The notes under the pieces were generated by a model, which was given only the letters and a program-made list of their open reading frames with translations, was not told the DNA's origin and made no database searches. The position numbers and the translations under genes were made by a program. From the NCBI GenBank assembly GCA_951406725.2, contig OX597837.1, positions 10,044,001 through 10,108,000 of the forward strand: 64,000 bases of DNA, written 5' to 3'. Position 1 is the stretch's first letter; each line of letters begins with the position of its first letter. Source of the DNA: Octopus vulgaris. Lineage: Eukaryota. This document shows, piece after piece, positions 26,332 to 38,679 of this stretch.

Positions 26332-26373
<42 letters not shown>

Positions 26374-27251
26374 TATATACACATATATATATACATACTA
26401 TCATACACCGGCTTACATAATACATACATGCATGCATGCATACATACATACATACATACATACATAAATGCATACATACATACATACATACATACATACA
26501 TACATACATAAATGCATACATGCATACATACATACATACATGCATGCATGCATACATGCATACATATATTCATAGATATACATACCCACACATACAAACG
26601 CAGTCATTCTAAAGCTGCACAAGTGTTCTAACACATACTTCAAGCGTGCACTTATCTGCTAAAGCTGACTGCACTGGGTTTGTGCAGGTGGCGGTGAAGT
26701 ACTCCAAGAGGAAGGGAAGGAGGGAGGGAGGAGAGGAGGCACTTGAGTACACGTTGCGAAGGCGGCGGCGGCGGAGGTGGTGGTGGTAATGCGAAGGAGA
26801 GGCGGCGCGGTGCGGAGCATCTTGTCGAAGTTTCGATGAGCGTTAGAACTGAAGCGTGCACTGCGCAGCTTGGAAATCAATAGCGGTGTTGCGCTGTAGC
26901 GTATGCTTCTGTGTGTGTGTGTGTGTGTGTGCGCGCGCGCGTGTGTGGTGAGATGCCAGTATGTGGTTGTGCATGAAAATTAGTTAATTACACATGCACA
27001 TAATATGTGTGTATATGTATATATATATATGTGTATATATGTGTGTATACATATATATATATATATACCGGAGTAAACACAAATGTGAAACAAGGTGGAA
27101 AAAAGAGTACTCAAATACCAGAGGTAGAGTAATATGCTTTATTTAAAGCAGCAGAAAATTCAACAAAACCTGTTACTTTGAGATTCACGTTCTCGTTCGT
27201 CGGCCAGTTTTTGCTAGCAAAACTGTTGAATTTTCTGCTGCTTTAAATAAA

Positions 27252-27810
<559 letters not shown>

Positions 27811-28059
27811 CAATATGGGACATGAACGCAAAACATCCAGAAGGTGATACAAAAAATACGGACGGGTCATTCGAAGCCTTTAATCTTCAGTCAAGAGCCA
27901 GATCATCCTCGCAATTTCGGCTGATTAATCTTGAGATTGCTCCGATCTGGCCAGCCCCAAGGAAAAACTAAGCTAAGAGCATTAGATTCCTTGGAAAAAA
28001 GCTTCGAATGCATACAAAAACAAGGACGGAAAAACGGACGATGTTCCACGAATATAAAG

Positions 28060-28100
<41 letters not shown>

Positions 28101-28451
28101 GGGAGGGGCAGACAAACAGACAGACAGGTAGACAAACAGAGAGAGAGAGACAGACAGACAGACTGATAGATAGATAGACTGACAGACAGACAGACAGACA
28201 GACAGATATACAGGTAGATGGATAGATAGACAGACAGGTATTGTGTGTGTGTTTATCCCCTCAACATCACTTGACAACCGATGCTGGTGTGTTTACGTCC
28301 CCGTAACTTATCGGTTCGGCAAAAGTGGCCCGATAGAATAAGTACTAGGCTTACAAAGGTTATAAATCCTGGTGTCGATTTGCTCGAAGAAAGGCGGTGC
28401 TCCAGCATGGCCACAGTCAAATGACTGAAACAAGTAAATGAGTAAAAAGAG

Positions 28452-28500
<49 letters not shown>

Positions 28501-28725
28501 TACATACATACAGACATACGTACTACGCACACACATGCATACACACATGCATACGCACATACACGGATATATCTATGTACATATGACTCCCCCTCCCCTA
28601 TAGTTAATTATTGCTGTTATTACGACTGTTGTTGTTGTTGCTGTGCTTCCCTCTCCCCCCCTCCATTTCTGTTCCTGCCGCACCTGCATCATATCATAAT
28701 TACTACTACCACCACCACCACTATT

Positions 28726-28766
<41 letters not shown>

Positions 28767-28794
28767 AACCAACATTCAATTTCTTCTTTTCCTG

Positions 28795-28841
<47 letters not shown>

Positions 28842-29474
28842 TCTCCCTTTCTCTCCCCTAGCTCCCTTCATTCTCTTACTCTGTCTCTCCTTCTCTCCAT
28901 TCTCTCCCTTATTCCTCTTTTACTCTTTCTTCTTCCTCTTCTTTCTCGTCTCTCCACTTCTTCACACTTTTTCTTTAAGATCTTTCTGCTTCCTCAACCC
29001 ACCCTCTCTCTCTCACCTCCTACGTCTCTCTTCTCTCTATCTCTCTTCTTTTTCCTCTCTTTCTTTTTACTCTCTCTCTCTCCTCTTTCCTCTCTTTTCT
29101 TTTACTCTCTCTCATTTTTCCTCTCTTTCTTTTTACTCTCTCTCTCTCTTTTCCTCTCTTTCTTTTTTACGCTTTCCTCTTCTCCTTTTTCTTCTCTTTC
29201 TTTACTCTCTCTCCTTTCTTTCCTCTCTTTTTTACTCTCTCTCTCTCCTTTTCCTCTCTTTCTTTTTTCCTCTCTCTCCTTTTTCCTCTCTTTTTTTCCT
29301 TTCTCTCTCTCCATTTCCCTCTCTTTCTTATTGCTCTCTCTCTCTCTCTCTCTCTCTCTAAATTCTATTTCTAAATCTTCTTCTTCTATCCCTATTGTCG
29401 CAATGGAAACCCCACCTGTTTGTCTCCTGGGGTCGCTGTAATCGACTAATCCCCTCCCCCTAAAATTGCTACTG

Positions 29475-29965
29475 ATATGGTGAACCCGTTTGAAAGGGCT
29501 AAGGTCAGACACTTTCCTCTTTGGTCAAGGCCTCATCAACTTTTTCAAGTTTCACTTGAAAAGGAAGATGAGGTTAGAGAGGAGAGTACTGTCTGATAGC
29601 AAGTTTTCTGAAAGGTGGGTGAATGTCGCAAGAATGGCCAGTATAAATGGACCAATTCTGAGGTTTCGCCTGTAATTGAAAAAGGTATTATAAAAGGAGA
29701 AAGGGGCTCTCTACCCCCCTTTTGACCAGGCTCCCGTTGGCTTTTATGGGTTTTTTTCCACCAGGAACCTTTCGAAGCGCCTCCCCCTATTGGGAGTTTT
29801 CGTTGTTATATTATTTGATTGTTACACTGTTTTTACACGATTTTTTCACAAACGGACAAAACCCTTTGTAACCTTTCGTCCTGTTTTGTCCCTTTATGTT
29901 TTCTAATCATGTGCGTCAGCCCTTGTGGCCAATAAAAAGAATTAATTATTATTATTATTTATTAT
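29475..29965 (+). mobile_element. Same L1/Tx1-like LINE 3' end; tail abuts the SLCO splice acceptor
   Basis: MKGLRSDTFLFGQGLINFFKFHLKRKMRLERRVLS...ERW, homologous to the 11027-11371 ORF. AATAAA at 29931, (TTA)n to about 29965. Confidence 0.8.
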
Positions 29966-29985
29966 TTTCTTTTTTTTATTTCTAG

Positions 29986-30273
29986 GTTTTGTCCTTAATG
30001 GACTCAACAGCGTTAATGCCACTTCCTTAGAGAGACGGTTTGGGCTGAGCAGCTCCAACATTGGCATGATAGCCAGCGTCTACGACATATCGGCAGCCAT
30101 ATTTGGAGTACTCATCAGTTACTTGTGTTCCAGAGGACACAAACCACGATGTTTAGGAATCTCTATCTTGGTGATGGGCCTTGGTTCCTTAGTAATGGCT
30201 CTTCCACATTTTACCACTGATCGTTACAAAATGGGATCGGAAAATGTGCTAGACCAAAGTGTCTGCCTAACAG
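29986..30273 (+). CDS. SLCO4A1-like: OATP/SLCO organic anion transporter, internal coding exon (first one identified; TM1-TM3 region)
   Basis: Polypyrimidine tract + tctag| acceptor and ACAG|gtaaga donor, phase 1/1. Translates (G)FVLNGLNSVNATSLERRFGLSSSNIGMIASVYDISAAIFGVLISYLCSRGHKPRCLGISILVMGLGSLVMALPHF..., with OATP motifs LERRF, G.IAS.YD, HKPR.LG and LPHF. Subfamily assignment is by recalled similarity only. Confidence 0.95.
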
Positions 30274-30901
30274 GTAAGAACAAAACAATTTTGCTGTTTC
30301 CTCTCTCCATCTCCTTTTTTTCTCTACCCTCTATCCCTCTCTCTCTCTCTCTCTCCGTCTCTCTGCCTTTTCCTGCTGTATGGATAGCCTGTCCACTTCT
30401 GGCCACCACTACCTCTCCTCATCTAGTAGGAGACCTAAGCTGCCCTGAAAACGTATTCAGGGAGAATGCCATCACTTTGTTCATATTTTGATAAATCTTC
30501 ACTGAGGAAGATGCTGCGCAAAAGATTAAATTCCTTTTTTACCTATTACATAATTATCTAAAACGTGCGTATTAAAAACATTTGAAACATCATTGCTACG
30601 TTTGCATGTGCATACATACACACACATACATACGTACATACATACATACATACGTACATACACACATACATACGTACATACATACACATACATACATACA
30701 TACATACATACATACATACATACATACATACATACATACATACATACATACATACATACATGTGTACGTACGTACATACATGCCTGCTAACACACATACG
30801 TACATACGTACCTATCTCTTGGAAAATCAGGATCATAATGAACAACTGCTTTTATACCCGGATAATAAATTCTCATTTATACCAACAGTATTTTCGAGGA
30901 A

Positions 30902-31613
30902 ATGCTTCTCGGTTCAGTCCCACTGCGTAGCGCCCTGGGCAAGTCTCTTCTACAATAGCTTCGGGCCGACCAAAGCCTTGCGAGTGGATTTGGTAGCAGA
31001 GACTTAAAGAAGCTTATCGTATGTGTGTATGTATATGTGCGTGCGTGTGTGCGTATATTTATGTGTCTGTGTCTGTCCCCACCCATAACCGCCATCGTTT
31101 GACCAACAAATACCGGTGTGCTTATGTCCTTGTAAGCTAGCGGTTCGACACAAAGGCAGATAGAATACGTTGCTGAGACCCCCTTCGGTCATTACTGACC
31201 CTGGGATTGTACCTAGGAAGTTACCCTCCTAAGCACATATCCGGGCAAGGTTGTTTATGGAAGACCAGCAGTCGCCCATGCATGCCGGCCTCCCCTCTCC
31301 ACGCCACCAGTGTTATCCAAGGGGAAAGCAAAGGGGCCGTTACAGCTTGGCACCTGAGTGAACTGGAGCAAGGCGAAATAAAGTGTCTTGCTCAAGAACA
31401 CAACACGCAGCCCGGTTCGGGATTCGAACTCACAACCTCACGATCGTAAGCTCGACGCTCTAACCACTGAGCCATGCGACTTCACTTAGAATACGTACTA
31501 GGCTTTCAAAAAACGAATAAGTTCTGGGTTCGATGTTTTCGACTAAAATCCTTTAAGGTGGCGCTCCAGCATGGCCGCAGTCAAACGATTAAAACAAGTA
31601 AAAAAAGTAAAAG
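30902..31613 (+). mobile_element. Old SINE family A copy interrupted by a family C SINE
   Basis: Family A body breaks at TAGAATACGT (31161-70) and resumes at the same 10-mer (31487-96). Confidence 0.8.
31171..31486 (-). mobile_element. SINE family C with 10-bp TSD
   Basis: Minus-strand head TGGCTCAGTGGTTAGAGC...GAGTTCGAATCCC; TSD TAGAATACGT. Confidence 0.88.
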
Positions 31614-31663
31614 TAATATGTACACACCACACAAACACGAGAACACATACACATATTTCTGCC

Positions 31664-31704
<41 letters not shown>

Positions 31705-31874
31705 GTGTGTGTACGCGCGTGTGGGTGTATACACGAATAGTAGCTGCGATTAGTTCTATATTTATACACGCCAGACAACAATCACATGACCCTAATTACG
31801 GAGAGTATGAACACAATAAACAACTTTGTGAAAATTTGGGGCACATTTAACAAATACAGTCTTATACATACTTA

Positions 31875-31917
<43 letters not shown>

Positions 31918-32386
31918 GCATACATGTATATATACACACATATATATATATATATATATACAAAATATATAATTATATAAGCATAATTATAGTAACTACA
32001 TTATTTGACTCATTGACTTGTGCCTATGTGGCAAATAATGTAGTTCTTAGACCCATTTCGCGTCTATTTCTAGCATGTGGCGCTACTCATTAGTGCCCCT
32101 ACTATAATCATATTTATTTAATTATATATTTTGTATAAATCGTTGCCTATATGGTTTATTACATGCTGGCTACTTCATAAAATCTTATATAGATTTTATG
32201 TTTGATTATAAAGATATATATACATATGTATACGCACGCATGCGCACACACACACACATGCTATTATCTCAATCTAAATATGTAAGTGGAAGTTCGTGTC
32301 TGTATATGTAAGACTGTGTTGTACATATGTGTATATGTATAATGTAGACACATGAAACGTATGTGTAGACGAATACACAAACAGAC

Positions 32387-32802
32387 TATCTATCTATCCG
32401 CTCAGTCGAAGTTGACTCTCGGTTACTCGATGGATCAGAGTCCTCCAGTCAGTTCTATCCTGGGCCGCTTCTTTCAGATTGGCTATGTCCATTCCGGTAT
32501 CACTCTTGATGGTGTCAAGCCAGCGGGTTCTTGGTCGGCCTCTTCCTCACTTGCCACTGACCATTCCGAGCATGATGTCCTTCTCCAGTCTATGCTTTGT
32601 GATCCTAGCTTCTAGCGACAGTTTCGGCTTGATCTGGTTAAGAACTTCTCCATTGGTGAGCCTCGCTGTCCACGGAATCCGTAAAAGTCTTCTCCAACAC
32701 CAAAGCTCGAATGCATTAATTCTCTTCTGGTCAGCTTTCTTTAGTGTCCAGGTCTCGCATCCATATGTTGCTATTGGGAAGACGATTGCATTCACCAATC
32801 TG
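32387..32802 (-). mobile_element. 5'-truncated RTE-BovB-like LINE (ORF C-terminus)
   Basis: RLVNAIVFPIATYGCETWTLKKADQKRINAFELWCWRRLLRIPWTAR...LEKDIMLG...GRPRTRWLD...AAQDRTDWR. Internal deletion and a stop codon. (GATA)n tail. 9-bp TSD CAAACAGAC at 32378-86 and 32803-11. Confidence 0.92.
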
Positions 32803-33084
32803 CAAACAGACAGACAGGTAGAAAGCAAGATGTAGATAAAAACAAAAATAAATTGAAAAAACAAGAACCAGAGACGTTCACAGTTATTATTATTAGATTG
32901 ACGGTTAAGAAAAAATGAAAGAGTAAAAGTAATAACGTTTCGGACATTGGTCCTTCTTCGGATATCAGAGAAATATTCAAGTGAAACTAGAAAAGGGAGA
33001 ATGTGTGTATGTATGTATGTATGTATGTCGGTATGTATGTGTGTAAATATATATGTGTGTGTAAGTGCTCACATACATATATAC

Positions 33085-33303
33085 TAGTGGTTTTCAACCA
33101 GGGTTCCGCAGAACCTTAGGGTTCCGCTAGCACAGTCCAGGGGTTCCGCAAGAAGTTACAAAAATGCTAAAATCGGTAGTAATTTTTAAGTCTCCTGTGC
33201 AGATATGTGTGCATAAGACTATTAAATTATTGCACAGGGGTTCCCCGAGCCAGTGGAATGTTTCCTTGGGGTTCCGCTTCAGCAAAAAGTTTGAAAAGCA
33301 CTG
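33085..33303. mobile_element. hAT-type MITE
   Basis: Termini TAGTGGTTTTCAAC ... TTTGAAAAGCACTG, subterminal GGGTTCC repeats, perfect 8-bp TSD ATATATAC (33077-84 and 33304-11). Confidence 0.85.
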
Positions 33304-33342
33304 ATATATACAAACATATATATGTGCATACATATATACGTA

Positions 33343-33811
33343 CAGGGTGCGATGGGTAAATTGATACCATTTTATATTTTTAATTTCACGCATGCACATT
33401 GTTTGTTTCTTATTTTGTCGCCTACACAGTATAGTAGGGTCATCTAAGCACAGTCTTTGAGAAAAACAGCACCCTTCACTCTGCCAGAAATTCGGAAACG
33501 ACATGCTGAACTGCTTGGCATTCGCGCTGGAAGCTCCAGTACGAACAGATGGTTAACGCGCAGAACAACCGTTGGTTTGCCGTGTCCCGAAAACGTGTAG
33601 CGAGAGTGATAAAGATCGAATATCCCGTCAACATCATAGTGTTTGGAGTGATCACGAGTGATGGTGACGTGATGCCTCCATTCATCTTTCTACACGCAAC
33701 ACCGAGGCTTACGTCAAGTGCCTGGAGGAGGTAGTGCTGCCCTGGGTCAAGAGGGTGACTGCTGGAAGACCCTATGTCTGGCAACAGGACTCTGTACCAT
33801 GCCACACAAGC
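33343..33811 (+). mobile_element. Degenerate Tc1/mariner transposon (maT/DD37D-like): left end plus frameshifted transposase fragment
   Basis: TA-CAGGGTG terminus. Translations NAQNNRW...[17 protein letters not shown] and [38 protein letters not shown] (QQD.AP.H catalytic motif). Truncated at a (CA/TA)n tract. Confidence 0.85.
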
Positions 33812-33856
33812 ACATACATACACATACATACATATATATATATGTATATATGTAGG

Positions 33857-33913
<57 letters not shown>

Positions 33914-34118
33914 ATTTGTATGTATGTATGTATGTGTATATATATATACATCCATACATACATGTGTGATTATATATATATATATATTATACATATATGT
34001 ACGTATATAGATATATAGATATCTTATATGTGCATTTGTGTGTGTGTATGTGTGTTTACATATCTACATCTAATCTATCTAGATATATATAACAAATGCA
34101 TGCGTAAATACTCACAGG

Positions 34119-34156
<38 letters not shown>

Positions 34157-34525
34157 TGATGCTTGGTTTATCTTATCTAACAATAAGCTATCTCATTGCT
34201 GAATGATTTGAGAAAACCTGACAATTAACGAGACCTAGCGTAAACTTAATACTCCAAACTCAGCCTCTCGACAGGTTTAATTGGCAGCTTCTTTGGAATG
34301 ACATTCTTCTGGAACTGCCATACGTCTTTCTAGTCCAACATTGGTCTTAGGCACTCCGTTACACACTACCCGTGTTGTATATCGCTAGCCTGAAGTTAAG
34401 AAGTTGGTAGTTCTAAGAAGTTGTGACGCAGCCGTTTGGGCGCCGCCAATTTGGCGTCGCCGATTCGACGCTGTTTTTCTTTCATGGCTCCCTCTCTCCT
34501 CTCTTTCTTTCTTTTCTCCCTCTCT

Positions 34526-34597
<72 letters not shown>

Positions 34598-35244
34598 CTT
34601 CTCTGTTATTGTGTGAGCATCTTGTTTGTCTGTATGTTTAACATTTCTCTCTTTCTTTCTCACTTTCTCTATCTCCCTCTCTCGCTCACTCTCACACTCT
34701 CTCTCTCTCTATCTATCTATCTATGTTCATGCGTATGGGCATCTAGTTATATTTGTATGTATGTGTAATCGTTTTCTCTCGCTTTCTCTCTCATTCACTA
34801 TCTCTCTCTCTCTCTCCGTTTCTCTTTCTCCCCCACCCCGTTTATGTATGTGACTCTCGAGTTATTTTTTTAATATATAATTTCTCTCTGTTTCTCTCTC
34901 CCCCTCTCTCTCCCCTCCTTCTCCCTCTCACTGCCTCTCCTTCTCCCTCTCTGTCTATCGATCCGTCTACCTATCTAAACTTATATGAGCATCAGGTTAT
35001 GTTCGTATCTGTGTGTAATGGCACTCTCTCTCTATCTGCATATGTATATGCGTTTGTGTATATATGTCTGTGTGTGCATGTGTGTATGTGAGTATGTGTG
35101 TTCCCGCACACACACCCCCACCCCCACCACACAACCAGTGCGAAAACACACTGTCGCCAAAACAGGTTCAATATTCAGTCAACCATGTCAAATTACCAGC
35201 GTCCAAACTGCTGCGCCCAATTGTCTCATCCCGAAGATTAGTAT

Positions 35245-35554
35245 TTTTGTTTGTTCCTTCTCGAGCCATGCCTGGCTCATAAGGGCCAGTTTCCCGGTGT
35301 CTTGGCGTATAGGTTCCCCACCTGGACGGGACGCCGGTCCGTCGCAGGTGAGCTGCAAGATGCAGGAGGAAAGAGTGAGAGAAAGGTTGTGGCGAAAGAG
35401 TCAGCAGAAGTCTCGCCATTACCTTCTGCCGGAGCCGCGTGGAGCTTAGGTGTTTTCGCTCATGAACACACATATTCTGTTCGGTCTGAGATTCGAACCC
35501 GCAATCCCTCGACCGCAAGTCCGCTGCTCTAACCACTAGGCCATATGCCTCCAC
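35245..35554 (-). mobile_element. SINE family B, full length (fragments also at about 6412-6524, 35895-35953 and 53838-53975)
   Basis: Reverse complement of the 1739-2043 sequence. Confidence 0.9.
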
Positions 35555-35631
35555 ATTCCTACATGGTTTTGTGTAGTACAGTGTTGGCTTGGAACGAATC
35601 ACTACTAAACCACCAGTAATTTATGCTGCAT

Positions 35632-35861
35632 GCAGCGAACTGGCAGAAATGTTAGCACGCCGGGTGAAATGCGTTGCCGTATTTCGTCTGCCGTTACGTT
35701 CTGAGTTCAAATTCCGCCAAGGTCGACTTTGCCTTTCATCCTTTCGGGATCGATAAATTAAGTACCAGTTACGCACTGGGGTCGATGTAATCGACTTAAT
35801 CAGTTTGTCTGTCCTTGTTTGTCCCCTCTGTGTTTAGCCCCTTGTGGGTAGTAAAGAAATA
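35632..35861 (+). mobile_element. SINE family D monomer (others at about 3060-3240, 16765-16985, 24395-24597, 37045-37222, 49360-49487, 49553-49770, 51270-51460 and 54148-54364)
   Basis: Head plus a single unit matching the array consensus. Confidence 0.85.
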
Positions 35862-36250
35862 TATATTAGTGTACATGTATGTGTGTGTGTAAGTCGAACC
35901 CGCGATCCCTCGACCGCTAGTCCGCTGCTCTAAGCACTGGGCCATGTGCCTCTACAAAGATTAGTATCCACAGCTTACGTGTGTGTATGTGAGTGCGTGC
36001 GTGTATGTGAACGTACGTTTGTGTGTATGTTTGTGAGTGTGCGTGGTATTTCACGTAATGAGTGTGGCTTGCTTCCTAAATAAGTACATACCTACAGGCT
36101 CCTCGCTTCCAACAGCTCTTCAGATTATCAGCCGCGTTCTTAGGGGTTCGTTTATTTAAGATACGTTTCGTTCAGCTCAGCATGTTTAATCTCCGATATC
36201 TCGAAACACGTGCGTTCTTCATTCTTTGCGTGATGAGCGCGCATATCTAC

Positions 36251-36302
<52 letters not shown>

Positions 36303-36440
36303 CTCGTATATGTGTGTGTGTACGTATGAGCAAACAGCTCGGCGTCACTTGAAGTACCAGTTAAATTATATAATTATATATATCATATATCTATATGTAA
36401 TATGTATATATATATATATATAAATATTTATATGTATATT

Positions 36441-36500
<60 letters not shown>

Positions 36501-36571
36501 AGTGTGTGTGTGTATGGTATATATATATATATATATATATATACATACATATATCTACATATATATATATA

Positions 36572-36648
36572 TTCATTGTTTTTATTTTATTCTATTTTTT
36601 TAAATCTAGTTTCAGCTCACGAGCTGTGGCCATGCTGGGGCACCGCCA
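36572..36648 (-). mobile_element. Retroposon 3' tail (stem-loop + A-rich end) joined directly downstream of the 5S copy
   Basis: Minus strand GGCGGTGCCCCAGCATGGCCACAGCTCGTGAGCTGAAAC + A-rich run, homologous to the SINE family A 3' end GGCGGTGCTCCAGCATGGCCGCAGTCAAATGACTGAAAC. Confidence 0.75.
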
Positions 36649-36660
36649 TTAAAAGGGAAT

Positions 36661-36778
36661 GCTTACAGCATCCAGGTTTCCCAAGCGGTCACCCATCTAA
36701 GTACTAACTAGGCTCGATGTTGCTTAACATCGGTGATCGGACGAGAACCGGTACTTTCAACGTGATATGGTCGTAAGC
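36661..36778 (-). rRNA. 5S rRNA gene or 5S-derived retrocopy (near full length, solitary, intronic, antisense to SLCO)
   Basis: Reverse complement reads GCTTACGACCATATCACGTTGAAAGTACCGGTTCTCGTCCGATCACCGATGTTAAGCAACATCGAGCCTAGTTAGTACTTAGATGGGTGACCGCTTGGGAAACCTGGATGCTGTAAGC, a typical metazoan 5S sequence. Terminal helix GCUUAC/GUAAGC, box A- and box C-like elements, followed by attccc-TTTT. A few helix mismatches, so functionality is uncertain. Confidence 0.9.
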
Positions 36779-37269
36779 ATATCATATATACAATGTAAAA
36801 ATAGGATAAAATCTTTATGAGATATTATCAAGTAGGAGTGGTTGTGTTGTAAGTGACTTGCTTACGAACCACATGTTTGCGGGTTCAGTCCCACTGCGTG
36901 GCACCTTGGGCAAGTGTCTTCTACTATAGCCTCGGGCCGACCAAAGCCTTGTGAGTGGATTTGGTAGACGGAAACTGAAAGAAGCCCGTTACTTTGTAGA
37001 ACTTTTCTATTTCTCTCTCACCCTTCTTGCACGCGTGGCAGGTATATCTGCCGCTACGCTCTGAGTTCAAATTCCGCCGAGATCGACTTTACCTTTCATC
37101 CTTTCGGGGTCGATAAATTAAGTACCAGTTACGCACTGGGGTCAATGTAATCGACTTAATCCCTTTGCCTGTCCTTGTTTGTCCTCTCTATGTTTAGCCC
37201 CTTGTGGGCAATAAAGAAATATATATCAACGTTTTGACAATGGCTTCAGAACAGTGTTAGTAGATTGCT

Positions 37270-38420
37270 ACTCTTTTGCTCTTTCACTTGTTTCAGTCAT
37301 TTGACTGCGGCCATGCTGGAGCACCGCCTTTAATCGAGCAACTCGACCCCGGCACTTATTCTTTGTAAGCCCAGTACTTATTCTATCGGTCTCTTTTGCC
37401 GAACCGCTAAGTGACGGGGACATAAACACACCAGCATCGGTTGTCAAGCAATGCTAGGGGGACAAACGCAGACAAACATATACACACATATATATATATA
37501 TACATATGCATATTTACATATATACGACGGGCTTCTTTCAGTTTCTGTCTACCAAATGCACTCACAAGGCTTTTGGTCGGCCCGAGGCTATAGTAGAAGA
37601 CACTTGCCCAAGGTGCCACGCAGTAGGACTGAACCCGGAACCATGTGGTTGATAAGCAAGCTACTTACCACACAGCCACTCCTGCTAGGATAAATTATTT
37701 TCCTAAGTTCGTCAATTAATTCAACTTACTACTCATTATAATGAAGTTGTTTCTATACGGGGACGTAAACACACCAGCATCGGTTGTCAAGCGATGTTGG
37801 GGGACAAACACAGACACACAAAGGCACACATATATGCATATTTACATATATACGACGGGCTTCTTTTCAGTTTCCGTCAGTTTCTCACAAGGCTTTTGGT
37901 CGACCCAAGGCTATAGTAGAAGACACTTGCCCAAGGTGCCACGCAGTGGGACTGAACCCGGAACCATGTGGCTGGTAAGCAAGCTACTTACCACACAGCC
38001 ACTCCTGCCAGTATAAATTCTTTTCCTAAGTTCGTCAATTAATTCAACTTCCTACTCATTATAATGAAGTTGTTTCTATACGGGGACGTAAACACACCAG
38101 CATCGGTTGTCAAGCGATGTTGGGGGAACAAACACCGACACACAAAGACACACACATATATATATACATACATATGCATATTTACATACATACGACGGGC
38201 TTCTTTTCAGTTTCTGTCTACCAAATGCACTCACAAGGCTTTTGGTCGGCCCGGGGCTACAGCAGAAGACACTTGCCCAAGGTGCCACGCAGTGGGACTG
38301 AACCCGGAACCATGTGGTTGGTAAGCAAGCTACTTACCACACAGCCACTCCTGCTAGGATAAATTCTTTTCCCAAGTTCGTCAATTAATTCAACTTCCTA
38401 CTCATTATAATGAAGTTGTG
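37270..38420 (-). mobile_element. SINE family A full copy plus two tandem duplicates of its 5' two-thirds with flanking DNA
   Basis: Copies at 37270-37685, 37757-37988 and 38080-38354, each followed by the same ~65-nt flank. A + strand 5' half lies at 36834-36989. Confidence 0.88.
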
Positions 38421-38679
38421 ACTAATTAGGATGGCTAATGAGTTTACACATATCTCATTTCTAACATTAAGTTTTCAATGTTACTCGATCCCTCCTAAAG
38501 AAATCTTTTCAAATTTTCTCCTTCCTTTCCGCCAGTTGCTTCTCATCATTTACTTCAACACTCAAGAATATTAATCCGTAGCTCCGGTATATAATTCCCC
38601 AATTTTGGTTTGTATCGAAATAGGGAGGAGATAGTTTATAATTTGTCGTTGTATCTCCAAATGTTGGAGATACAAACAT

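Noticed and set aside
30274-30491. ORF-track extensions of SLCO ORFs past the donors (also 42440-42567 and 61850-61863)
   Set aside because: Read-through into introns; homology stops at the strong GT donors and the phases match the next exons.
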